From positions 61,828 through 125,827 of the IMG/VR virus record IMGVR_UViG_3300032770_000007: 64,000 bases of DNA. One strand, 5' to 3'. The stretch comes from a virus. Every line of letters begins with the position of its first letter. The stretch's first letter is position 1. The position numbers and the translations under genes are program-made. Positions 8,331-17,600 of the stretch are shown here, one piece after another. The notes under the pieces are model-generated. The model was not told where the DNA came from, searched no databases, and was given only the letters and a program-made list of their open reading frames with translations.

Positions 8331-9494
8331 CTATTTATGCTTTGAGAGATTTATTCTACTAAAGCCTTCTCTATTGACTAGTTTTGAAGGAAAACCATGA
8401 TGAATGGCCACAAATCCTTCTCCTGGACCTTCTCTACCATCAACACTGGTCACATAATGATTGGTCTTATCTAGAGCATCAATAAGAACATTCTTGGCTT
8501 GTTGTAAGTGATGATGTAGATCAAAGAGGCTTTGATATTTTTCATGGTGTTCATCCATGTGATTGAGATGAGACAGAAGTTGTTCTTTCTTCTTCAATCT
8601 ACCTGCCACAGTTTTCAACTTATCAGCCTCTTGTTTGTAATAGTTTGTAATAGAAGCCTTTAGACCAATGGCTGTAGGTTTCTCACCATTTCTTACAGTA
8701 TCATTGATATATTTCTTGATGAAGTTAGCATGACCTACTGTTTCTTTGAATGTCTCTGGATGAGCCTTTAGATAGGTCTTTTCAGCATCAGTTATATGTT
8801 TGGTGAAATTATTATCAAAATCTTCTCCACCCAAAGATTTATCCAAATGGAAATTAGGATCAATCAAATGAACTGATCTGCTACCACGAAAGTTGTGCAA
8901 ATCTGGTTCAAATCCAGCCGTCATTGATCCTAAATCTTTCCCATGATATTTGGTATGGACTACTATACCTATTTGAGCATGCTTAATCTTTTCTGCTTCT
9001 GGATCTTTCTTTTTGATACTATACATCAAGGTATTTGGAGTGAAATGATATGCCTTATCATCCTCATGTATAGTATCTTTATTGTACATGAAATCACCCT
9101 GATAAACTCCTGTATGAGGAACTACTCTTACCAAATGTTCTCTAGCTGATTTTAGTTTGGCTGCTAACTCTGGTCTATCAGAATAATGCTTTTCAATATC
9201 AGCTTCTGTGAAGTTTAAAGTTGGTTTGTCAGAAAGAACAGCCTTGGTGCCAACAAAGAACTTACCAGTCTTAGGATCATGCCCAAAGACGATAGAAGGA
9301 CTACCATCAAACTTTGTAGTGATTTTTGTAGTGGATGGTTTGCCTAAAATACGATCATGAACAGAATGAAGGAGGTCTTTGACATGTTGGTACCCACGAG
9401 CATCATCCTGCAAAATATGATCTTCTACATGCTCTAAGTGTTTCAGTTTTCCAAAAGAATCTAAACTCTCTGCAATATATTGTTTGAAACTCAC
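8331..9494 (-). CDS. DUF6267-like protein with ligase/covalent nucleotidyltransferase motifs
   Basis: KHLEHVED, TTKFDGSP (KxDG), YQGDFM, GEGFV, SKLVNR; N-terminus MSFKQYIAE resembles the T4 capsid targeting sequence. Confidence 0.75.
   Translation of the reverse strand: MSFKQYIAESLDSFGKLKHLEHVEDHILQDDARGYQHVKDLLHSVHDRILGKPSTTKITTKFDGSPSIVFGHDPKTGKFFVGTKAVLSDKPTLNFTEADIEKHYSDRPELAAKLKSAREHLVRVVPHTGVYQGDFMYNKDTIHEDDKAYHFTPNTLMYSIKKKDPEAEKIKHAQIGIVVHTKYHGKDLGSMTAGFEPDLHNFRGSRSVHLIDPNFHLDKSLGGEDFDNNFTKHITDAEKTYLKAHPETFKETVGHANFIKKYINDTVRNGEKPTAIGLKASITNYYKQEADKLKTVAGRLKKKEQLLSHLNHMDEHHEKYQSLFDLHHHLQQAKNVLIDALDKTNHYVTSVDGREGPGEGFVAIHHGFPSKLVNREGFSRINLSKHK
8332..8338 (-). promoter_or_regulatory. 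T4-type late promoter (ATAAATA)
   Basis: (C/A)TAAATA recurs upstream of late genes (also 26936, 49405, 52266, 53144, 56543, 60612, 60938); gp55 sigma is encoded. Confidence 0.6.
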
Positions 9495-9676
9495 TCTATC
9501 TCCGTTATCTTATCTTTCTTGATTAATGTTAAAATCGTTTCAGTCAAAGCAATCTCATGTCTAACATAATTCATTTCTATCAATAACTTATCCAAACATT
9601 CTTGATAATAGGCCAACTCTTTTTCCTTTCGTTTCTTTAGATCCAAGACGTCTTTGAGTAAAATAATTTGACCCAT
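9491..9676 (-). CDS. small coiled-coil hypothetical protein
   Basis: Start refined to MGQIILL; ORF in operon. Confidence 0.6.
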   Translation of the reverse strand: MGQIILLKDVLDLKKRKEKELAYYQECLDKLLIEMNYVRHEIALTETILTLIKKDKITEIE

Positions 9677-9680
9677 AAGC

Positions 9681-10559
9681 TTATGCGAGCAAAGTATTGT
9701 ATAGGTTCTCTCCCAAATATTTAGCATTATAGCCAAGTGATGTAAGTTTGTCTATGTTCATGTAGAAAGATTTGATTTGCACCAGATCATGGAACTCTTT
9801 TGGTTTGATGAATTTGATCATACTTTTTGAACCAAGTACTCTTCTAGCATAGTAAAGAATATCTGCAAAATACCAAGATTGGCCATTACCAATGTTATAA
9901 ATCTCATCATATTTGCCTTGATCTATGACAAGATTTATTGCATTTACGCAATCTTCAATATGGATATAATCTCTATAAAACCTACCATCATTATATACCT
10001 CAATGTCCCTCTCTGCCTTGATCTCATTGATGAGATATTGTAATGCATTCTTCTTTTGGGATACTTTCTTGTCTCCTGGACCCACAACATTAGCAAGTCT
10101 AAGAATACGATAGTTTAATCCAAAGGTTTCACAATAAGAAATCAATAACTGTTCAGCACATCGCTTGGTTATGCTATAAAATCCTTTTGGATCACAAATA
10201 GCATCCTCTTTTACATCCTCTGGTACTTGTTGATTGCCATATACGAACCAGGAAGAGATTAGATTATATACACAATCAGCAGATTTGACATTACGCGCGA
10301 ACTTACGCCAGTTATCCAAAGTGGTCATCAATACATTCAGATTTGTATCTATGTCTAAATGAGAGTTATCAAAAATATTGTAGTTGTGAACTGTTGAAAT
10401 AAAGTTGATAACATTGGGTGTATAGATTTCATAGTCATCACGATGATTTCTACTTGACCAGTTAGGATCATGGGTACTCGCATCCAGACTATTCCAATAA
10501 TGACTCCCTACAAAACCAAAACCACCCAGAACAGTTATTGCTTTCATACTGGATCCCAA
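9681..10559 (-). CDS. NAD-dependent epimerase/reductase (extended SDR)
   Basis: GGFGFVG, SSWFVYG, YSITK (YxxxK), RLANVVGP, RDYIHIED. Confidence 0.9.
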   Translation of the reverse strand: MGSSMKAITVLGGFGFVGSHYWNSLDASTHDPNWSSRNHRDDYEIYTPNVINFISTVHNYNIFDNSHLDIDTNLNVLMTTLDNWRKFARNVKSADCVYNLISSWFVYGNQQVPEDVKEDAICDPKGFYSITKRCAEQLLISYCETFGLNYRILRLANVVGPGDKKVSQKKNALQYLINEIKAERDIEVYNDGRFYRDYIHIEDCVNAINLVIDQGKYDEIYNIGNGQSWYFADILYYARRVLGSKSMIKFIKPKEFHDLVQIKSFYMNIDKLTSLGYNAKYLGENLYNTLLA

Positions 10560-11884
10560 GAAGCAAATACCTCTCCAATATATTTGATAATTTGATCATT
10601 ATAGAAAGGAGGGCACCCAATAAAGAATACATGGGATAATGCCATGTTAGCATTTGGAAACTTAGTAGCATCACCTAAATGCTTATATCCAGGATGGACC
10701 AAAATGTTCCCAGCAAAATAGTTTCTAGTTTGAACCTTATTTGCTTCTAAATGATTGACTAAAGATTGTTTGGTTTCTGGATCATTGCAAATAATAGGCA
10801 CCCCAAACCAAGAAGGTTCAGATATTATTTTAGTATTATATATTGATTCAAAAGGTATTGCTGTTCTAATGCCATCATAATAGTTAACAATCTCTTCTAA
10901 CTTCAAGAAGTTTTCTTTTCTTTTACGTTCAATTTCTGGCCATTTTTCCAGTTGGGCCAAACCAATGGCTCCCTGAAGATCAAGAGGCTTAAGATTATAG
11001 CCCATGTTCTCAAATATGTATTTGTGATCCATGACCACATCCACACCTTCATCCTCAAGCCATTTTGAAAATCTGGTGCCACAGGTTCCACAGGCCAAAA
11101 GATTGGCCTGACCTACACAATGACAGGCTCTACCCCACCAAGATACACTACGAGCAGTCTTCATCAGTTCTTCATCATCAGAACACACCATACCACCTTC
11201 ACCTGTAGTGATATGATGAGCAGGATAGAATGAAGTAGTCCAAGCAGTATAAAAGTCTGTAATAAGTTTACCATTCCATTTTGAACCCAGACTGTCGCAG
11301 TTATCACCAATCAACATTACTCCATATCTCTTTGAAATATCGAGTAGCTTGTCCATGTTTGGAGGATTGCCAAGCACAGGACTTACAAAAATAGCCTTGG
11401 TTTTCTCTGTCAATGCTGAGCGTATATCTCCAACATTAAAGTTCAAAGTAGCCATTTCAATATCAACAAAGACTGGCTTCAGACCATTTTGAACAATAGG
11501 AGCAATGGTTGTAGGAAATCCAACAGGAGATACTATGATCTCATCTCCATCTACCCAACCAAATCTTTTCTTCAGAGCAGTAATTAAAACGAGATTAGCA
11601 GAACTACCACTATTGACCATGTGGGAATGTTTGACATTGAACACTTTAGAGAATATATTCTGGAATCTAAAAACATATGTTCCAGTAGTCAACCAAGAAC
11701 CAGTTAGAAAAGCTTCCATGGCCATTTCAAGTTCCCTATGATCCCAATAAGGACCAGAATAAGGAATCAATGTCTTGCCTGGAACAAAATCTTTCATTCC
11801 ATGAAGATACTTTGGCTTGGCTAATCTAGCCAATTTTTCTATGTGGTGATAGATAGTATGAGTATCTACTCTTTCTATATTCAC
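10544..11884 (-). CDS. rfbH: RfbH/DdhC-like NDP-4-keto-6-deoxyglucose 3-dehydratase (PMP, Fe-S)
   Basis: NSGSSANL; SFYPAHHITTGEGG with His replacing the Schiff-base Lys; WGRACHC..CGTC Cys cluster; TRNYFAGN. Confidence 0.85.
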   Translation of the reverse strand: MNIERVDTHTIYHHIEKLARLAKPKYLHGMKDFVPGKTLIPYSGPYWDHRELEMAMEAFLTGSWLTTGTYVFRFQNIFSKVFNVKHSHMVNSGSSANLVLITALKKRFGWVDGDEIIVSPVGFPTTIAPIVQNGLKPVFVDIEMATLNFNVGDIRSALTEKTKAIFVSPVLGNPPNMDKLLDISKRYGVMLIGDNCDSLGSKWNGKLITDFYTAWTTSFYPAHHITTGEGGMVCSDDEELMKTARSVSWWGRACHCVGQANLLACGTCGTRFSKWLEDEGVDVVMDHKYIFENMGYNLKPLDLQGAIGLAQLEKWPEIERKRKENFLKLEEIVNYYDGIRTAIPFESIYNTKIISEPSWFGVPIICNDPETKQSLVNHLEANKVQTRNYFAGNILVHPGYKHLGDATKFPNANMALSHVFFIGCPPFYNDQIIKYIGEVFASWDPV

Positions 11885-12891
11885 TTCTTTGCTCCTAGTT
11901 TATATCGCTCTATCTGCTGCTGACTTTTATACCAGTTGATTGTCTTCCTCAATCCTTCTACTAATGGTGTTTGCGCAGGTAGTTCTCCCAATGAACGTAA
12001 TTTTTCTGTTTCTACTCTATATTTCAAATCATGACCCAATCTATCATTTACCATTTCAATATCAACTGTAGAATCCATCATATTCAAAATCAAATCAACC
12101 AAATCTAGATTATTGATGTCTGGTCCAGGACCACCAATATTATATTTTTCTCCAACCATCCCTTCTTTGATTATAAGATCAAGTGCCTTACAAACATCAG
12201 TTACATATACCCAATCCCTTTCATTCAGTCCACTTCCATATATAGGAATATTTTTGCCATTTAAGGCATTTGTAATAGTTTTAGCAATAAATTTTTCTAC
12301 ATGCTGTCTTGGTCCATAGGTATTGGAGCCATTTGTAATGGTATATGGCACCTGATAAGTAGATCCCCAGGCTATGACAAAACATTCAGCTGCAGCCTTA
12401 GAAGCAGCATATGGAGAGTTTGGATGAAATGGATCATGCTCCATGAATGGAGCTGGACCATCAGGATCTCTACCAAGAGGCAAACTACCATATACCTCAT
12501 CAGTTGAAATATGAATTAGTTTTGATTTATGTTTAGCTATTCTAAGAGCCTCTAAAAGATGGATAGTACCATTGATATTTGTTTTGATGAATGGAGCTTT
12601 ATCATTGATAGAGTTATCTACATGGGTCTCAGCAGCAAAATGAACAGTATGTTGTGGTTTATATTCATCAATAATATTTGCTATACTCTCAATATTCCAA
12701 TCCCAAACAAGATCACAATAAGCATAATGTTTATATCTAGTAGTATCTATACCAAACAAATTGTGGTTATGGGCCGCATAAGTCATTTTGTCTATGTTGA
12801 GGATGAACAAATCTTGATATTTGCTCATCATATAATGAATAAAATTAGAACCAATAAAGCCACAACCACCCGTAACTAACATATATTTCAT
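11881..12891 (-). CDS. rfbB: dTDP-glucose 4,6-dehydratase
   Basis: GGCGFIGSNF, DKMTYA, HFAAETHVD, STDEVYG, PYAASKA, DRLGHD. Confidence 0.93.
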   Translation of the reverse strand: MKYMLVTGGCGFIGSNFIHYMMSKYQDLFILNIDKMTYAAHNHNLFGIDTTRYKHYAYCDLVWDWNIESIANIIDEYKPQHTVHFAAETHVDNSINDKAPFIKTNINGTIHLLEALRIAKHKSKLIHISTDEVYGSLPLGRDPDGPAPFMEHDPFHPNSPYAASKAAAECFVIAWGSTYQVPYTITNGSNTYGPRQHVEKFIAKTITNALNGKNIPIYGSGLNERDWVYVTDVCKALDLIIKEGMVGEKYNIGGPGPDINNLDLVDLILNMMDSTVDIEMVNDRLGHDLKYRVETEKLRSLGELPAQTPLVEGLRKTINWYKSQQQIERYKLGAKK

Positions 12892-12908
12892 AATATAAAT
12901 CCTTTATT

Positions 12909-14186
12909 TTACTTGTTCATTCTAAATGATATTTTCTTTAGTCCTGGCATACCAGCATTAGCATTGTATTCAAATCGAAAATCTGAACTATCGAAATCTT
13001 TGACCAAATATTCTACAGTCTTGAGAGTCTTGTTGATCTTCATAAAAATCTGGGTCACTTTGATTTTCTTGGCTGCATCATTTAGCACACTTAAATAGGT
13101 GTTATTTTTATTTAGTTCATCAATCAAATGATAACCTAGAGGAGATATTATTAATCCCCATCTCTTGGCCTTGTTCTTGACTATTCTATCTGCTATTTCA
13201 TCTGATGCTCTTCTGTTTGCTGACTGATAGAATCCTTCTAGATCACTCAATATGGCTCTGAATGTTCTATATCCACTCAACGCATTTTCGCAATCTTGAG
13301 CAGTAAAATCTTTTTTGAAAAAATGTTTCTTTAGCCAAAGATAACCAGGAGTACCAATATCTCTTGAAGCAGAAATAATACCATCAACCACACTATTATC
13401 TTTGATGGCTATCACTGCCTTTCGAGCATTTTCTTTTTGACCACTAAACTTCATCTTTTCTAATTCATTAGCAATAGTATCTATACTAGGTGGGGCACCT
13501 TCATTGGCTTTGGCTGATATAGATATCTTTTCATTCTTATCAACATTAGCAATGTAGTCTACCAATCTTTGATTTGATGCTATAGGATAAGTTATGGATT
13601 GTACTTTTGGTTTATATACTACCATGAACCATAATGCTCCAGACACTTCACCAAAATCTTTTGCTATTACATTCAAATCTGAATCACTAATAGTTTCTAT
13701 GGCCTTGGATTGAATTTTACCAGATCCCAAAGAGGCTTGTAAAAGATCACCAAGAAATTTCTTCACATTATCATCTACAGACCTGATATTATGAATACAG
13801 TTTATCGCCTTGTTTAGAAATTGGTTTCTATCTAGTGTCTGTCCACCCAATCCTAGTTTATCAGGAGTGAGATCCTTTGGTCTAATAGATCCAGTTGATC
13901 TTGTAGCCAGAACAAAGTAAATCTTGTCACCTTTTTTAGCACCTTGTATATCTTGAAGTATGGTTAGTTCTTTAGTAGGATATGAACCAGAAATCTTTTG
14001 ACTGCTATCTTGTAAGTTAGAAGGTAAGATTGAATTTAGGAGTTTCGCTACATCACCTTTATAGCTAATACGGAGGTGTGGACCACCTCTGGATGATTTA
14101 ATCGGTTCAATGCCTTTCTTTTCTAGATGATATTTGAAATAGTTTATGATAGATATTTGATTTTCTTTTTTCGTAACTACCGTCAT
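12909..14186 (-). CDS. basic protein, possible PD-(D/E)xK nuclease
   Basis: DFGEVSG...LVDY...ISISAK pattern; Lys-rich; own late promoter; start refined using SD AAAGGA. Confidence 0.5.
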   Translation of the reverse strand: MTVVTKKENQISIINYFKYHLEKKGIEPIKSSRGGPHLRISYKGDVAKLLNSILPSNLQDSSQKISGSYPTKELTILQDIQGAKKGDKIYFVLATRSTGSIRPKDLTPDKLGLGGQTLDRNQFLNKAINCIHNIRSVDDNVKKFLGDLLQASLGSGKIQSKAIETISDSDLNVIAKDFGEVSGALWFMVVYKPKVQSITYPIASNQRLVDYIANVDKNEKISISAKANEGAPPSIDTIANELEKMKFSGQKENARKAVIAIKDNSVVDGIISASRDIGTPGYLWLKKHFFKKDFTAQDCENALSGYRTFRAILSDLEGFYQSANRRASDEIADRIVKNKAKRWGLIISPLGYHLIDELNKNNTYLSVLNDAAKKIKVTQIFMKINKTLKTVEYLVKDFDSSDFRFEYNANAGMPGLKKISFRMNK

Positions 14187-14236
14187 GACAAGTCCTTTTT
14201 TTGAAAGAAATATCATATATGTCAATGATTTAGTGT

Positions 14237-14244
14237 TATTTATA
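14237..14244 (-). promoter_or_regulatory. T4 late promoter TATAAATA
   Basis: Exact T4 late consensus in an intergenic gap. Confidence 0.65.
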
Positions 14245-14269
14245 AAGATTCTCGTATCAAATATAAAAT

Positions 14270-15682
14270 TTATACTATTCCATCAAACTTTTTCTTAGAA
14301 AGATCAGTTATCGTCTTCATAACTTCTACAATATCAGTATTTTTTATAAAATCATCTGGGTCTGGTGTTTGATGAGCATCCTGAATGTTTTGTTGTTTAT
14401 CATCAACATCATAAAGTCTTTGTTTATCTCTATCTACTCCAACTACAAATCGTTTGTTTCTAGTCACATCAGCATATCTTGATTTGATTTGTTTCACGAC
14501 CAATTGATTGAGTTTTTCTAGTTCTTCTGAATTGATCATCACTACCATCCAGTCTGCAGTGGCTGGTAAACCAAAGCTTTCAGCCACATCAGTCATATCT
14601 GGATCAGAACTAGAGAACCCATCCCTGGTAAGCTGAGTGGCTGTCAATATTGGTAGATCAGTTTCTACAGCCAATCCTCTGAATTCTTCAGCAATGGCCT
14701 TGATATAGGTGTAACTATTGATATTAGAACCAGGCTTGATTCTGCTTGAACAACAGATATTGATATAGTCAATGATGACAATATCCGGATAAAACTTCTT
14801 CTTCAACTTACATTCATTCAGGAGTGCTTTGAAATGATGGGCCCCAGCTGAGGCTGTAGGATATTCTTTGACGATTAGCTTGCCTTTGATATTCTGTTTA
14901 AGCTTACCAATCTTGCGATCATAATCTTCTTTGGTAATGCTTTCTATATCATCCAAACCAATATTCAAAAGATTAGCATCAATCCTTTGTGCTATCCTCT
15001 CTTGTGCCATTTCTAGGGTGATATAGAGAACATTAAGATTTTGAGCCAAGTAAGAAGAGGCCATGTGACAAAGAGCAAGTGTTTTGCCAACATTCACTCC
15101 ACCAAGCAAAACATTTAGTGTCTTCTTAGGCAACCCACCCTTGGTTATCTTATTGAACATTGTTAGATCAAATGGAACTCTTTGCTCTATATGATGATAG
15201 TATTCATAACGACTATTAGCATCCTCAAGATAATCATGTCCCACATTTGGATCGAAGGAAATAGCCAAGGCATCAGAAAGAATCTTTGGAATCATCCCTT
15301 TGCCTTTGTTCTTATCTTGACCATCCATGATGTGAATACTGTCAAGGATAGCATTATGAAGAGCTCGTTCCTGGCAGAACTTCTCTGTTTCATCTATTAG
15401 CCACTTTAGGTCTTTTGTTTCTGCTGGCTTTGATACTTCTTTTATTAGATTAGAAACAGATTTGAAATCCGTCTCACTAATCTTATCCTTTCCATTGAAG
15501 ATAACAGAAAGTGCCTCACTGGTTGGAGGCATGTTATATTTGGTTATGTAAGAATGAATTTCCTCAAATAAAAGTTTTTCTGCATTGTCTCCAAAAAATT
15601 CACTCTTCAGATACGGAATTACTTTTCTTATGTAAGGCTCTGTTTGTATCAGGTTCTTCAAAATAAGTGTTTCGATCTTCAC
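14270..15682 (-). CDS. gp41: replicative DNA helicase (DnaB-like)
   Basis: GGVNVGKT Walker A, ITLEMA, IIDYINI, TATQ, ESFGLPATAD; GTG start after GAGGA. Confidence 0.97.
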   Translation of the reverse strand: MKIETLILKNLIQTEPYIRKVIPYLKSEFFGDNAEKLLFEEIHSYITKYNMPPTSEALSVIFNGKDKISETDFKSVSNLIKEVSKPAETKDLKWLIDETEKFCQERALHNAILDSIHIMDGQDKNKGKGMIPKILSDALAISFDPNVGHDYLEDANSRYEYYHHIEQRVPFDLTMFNKITKGGLPKKTLNVLLGGVNVGKTLALCHMASSYLAQNLNVLYITLEMAQERIAQRIDANLLNIGLDDIESITKEDYDRKIGKLKQNIKGKLIVKEYPTASAGAHHFKALLNECKLKKKFYPDIVIIDYINICCSSRIKPGSNINSYTYIKAIAEEFRGLAVETDLPILTATQLTRDGFSSSDPDMTDVAESFGLPATADWMVVMINSEELEKLNQLVVKQIKSRYADVTRNKRFVVGVDRDKQRLYDVDDKQQNIQDAHQTPDPDDFIKNTDIVEVMKTITDLSKKKFDGIV

Positions 15683-16109
15683 AATATTCCTCACCAGGCT
15701 TTATACCCATTTGAATAGTTTCTTCATCACTATATAATCGCTCTAATATATCTAAGAGTATATGATGAGCAATCTTGCGAAATTTTTTATGGTTGATTTG
15801 TCTAATAGTCAAATATGAATATATAGCTGTTTCAAATCTAATGCTGTGTTTTCTTATAGAAACTTTGGTAAAATAGAAAGTAATGCCTTTGAATTTACCC
15901 CTCAATATTCTCCAAACCTGGACTGGTGCTCTATCTCTCAATCCTGAGTTTTCTGGCGGATAATGAATACATTCAGGACGATAATATCTTCCCTGGGCAT
16001 AATACCAATGATCAAACTTCTGTTTCATCAACAGGAACATTTTCACCTTCTCCATATTTGAATAGCTTACCAGCAGCCACATCAATAGCATCAAGAACAG
16101 ACTTATCAA
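15600..16109 (-). CDS. hypothetical protein in the gp40 position (start uncertain)
   Basis: Lies between uvsX and gp41 as T4 gp40 does; positional evidence only. Confidence 0.5.
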   Translation of the reverse strand: MISLFLMLLMWLLVSYSNMEKVKMFLLMKQKFDHWYYAQGRYYRPECIHYPPENSGLRDRAPVQVWRILRGKFKGITFYFTKVSIRKHSIRFETAIYSYLTIRQINHKKFRKIAHHILLDILERLYSDEETIQMGIKPGEEYCEDRNTYFEEPDTNRALHKKSNSVSEE

Positions 16110-17073
16110 ACCACTTCTCAGGTTCTCTATAGATTACACTTTCAAATCCAGACTTACCATTTGGAAACTTATACTTGGTGCTGATCTTTTCTACCACACC
16201 ACCCTGTTCAGCAATATCAAGTAAACCATAATATCTGTCTAAACCTCTTGTATGATCAAATAGAGTAATGATCTTCTTTTCTTCACGAGTAAATCTGGAC
16301 TTATCTATCTTTACAGATATTAGAGCACCTGTAACCTGGTTGTCTGTATCCTTCTTCTTTGATTTGCTAAGATAGGTAATAATAGAAGCAGCATACTTCA
16401 GGCCACCACCACCAGACATTTCCTTTGTTGGTACATAGGACCCAACAACCTCATATGTATGATTGGTTACGATCATTGGTACTTTAGCTCTATTCAACTT
16501 CAACGTGATTGCTCTGAAAGCACCACGAATAAGTTGAGTTCTGGTCATGTCTCTGGTATCTTTACCTTCAGCCATGTCATTGACTTCTTTATTAGTAGAA
16601 ACATTACCAAGGCTATCTAAAATGATTAGTAATGGTTTTCTATCTGATTCAGGAGTACTCAAATAATCATTCAAGACTTTGATGGCCTGAGTTCTAAACT
16701 CTTGAATGGTGATGACAGGTAAAATAAAGAATCTTTCTGTATCTATTGATCTAGCCTTGAGCAAATCTGTTGTTTGTTTGCTATTATCCAAAGCACCTTC
16801 ACTTTCAAAACAAATCACTGCTCCATCTTCATACATTTCTTGAAAGTGTCGAGCAATGGATAAGGCATAGAAACTTTTGCCTGTGCTTTCTTCACCAGCC
16901 AGAGCAGTTACCTTATTGTTCGGCATACCGCCATAGATAGTACCAGATAAAAGAGCATTCAAAGCATAAGAACCAGTATCAACAAACTGAGCTACATTTT
17001 CTAAACCTTCAGAAACTTTATGAGCAAACTCATTACCTGCTTTTTGTACTAACTGTTCAAAGAACTTTGGCAT
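16012..17073 (-). CDS. uvsX: RecA-like recombinase
   Basis: DTGSYALN, AGEESTGKS, LDSLG, RDMTR, NHTY, GGGGLKYAAS. Confidence 0.97.
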   Translation of the reverse strand: MPKFFEQLVQKAGNEFAHKVSEGLENVAQFVDTGSYALNALLSGTIYGGMPNNKVTALAGEESTGKSFYALSIARHFQEMYEDGAVICFESEGALDNSKQTTDLLKARSIDTERFFILPVITIQEFRTQAIKVLNDYLSTPESDRKPLLIILDSLGNVSTNKEVNDMAEGKDTRDMTRTQLIRGAFRAITLKLNRAKVPMIVTNHTYEVVGSYVPTKEMSGGGGLKYAASIITYLSKSKKKDTDNQVTGALISVKIDKSRFTREEKKIITLFDHTRGLDRYYGLLDIAEQGGVVEKISTKYKFPNGKSGFESVIYREPEKWFDKSVLDAIDVAAGKLFKYGEGENVPVDETEV

Positions 17074-17440
17074 TTGATTTCTTACCTTCTATCACATAAA
17101 CAATCTTTGGTGGATCTCTTAGACCTTTTAGAACTCTTATAGCTTCACTCTTACCAGTTACTTGGACTACTTCTCTCCAGTCATTATCCCACCATTCTTT
17201 ACCTCTACCATAAACTTTTTTCCTTAAAACTGGTGGCCAATATTTTTGCACTGACCAGGTATCTGCTGGTAATGGTACTGTTGTACCATCACGCCATATT
17301 GTTGGTACTGTTCCGCAAGTTATATTTGTCTTATGATAAAATGCAGTAACAATAGATACTAAACGATAACCTTGTTCCCAATCATCTGGTCGTTTAGGTT
17401 CTGGAGGATCTATTGAAGCTTTTCTATTAAACCAAATCAT
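17057..17440 (-). CDS. hypothetical protein
   Basis: ORF in operon. Confidence 0.6.
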   Translation of the reverse strand: MIWFNRKASIDPPEPKRPDDWEQGYRLVSIVTAFYHKTNITCGTVPTIWRDGTTVPLPADTWSVQKYWPPVLRKKVYGRGKEWWDNDWREVVQVTGKSEAIRVLKGLRDPPKIVYVIEGKKSNAKVL

Positions 17441-17600
17441 GATTTACCTTTTTACCTTTATCAAGACCAACATAATATCCAGATATGTAACTACCCAATA
17501 GACAACCCATTATTATCCAATACTGAAGTGTATTTGTTACGTCTACGATAGTGAAACAAGCAATCGAAAGAAAAACAAAATAAAGTATATACGCAATCAT
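17427..17600 (-). CDS. small membrane protein (57 aa, not in ORF track)
   Basis: MIAYILYFVFLSIACFTIV...WIIMGCLLGSYISGYYVG; ATGA overlap with the gp43 stop. Confidence 0.55.
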   Translation of the reverse strand: MIAYILYFVFLSIACFTIVDVTNTLQYWIIMGCLLGSYISGYYVGLDKGKKVNHDLV

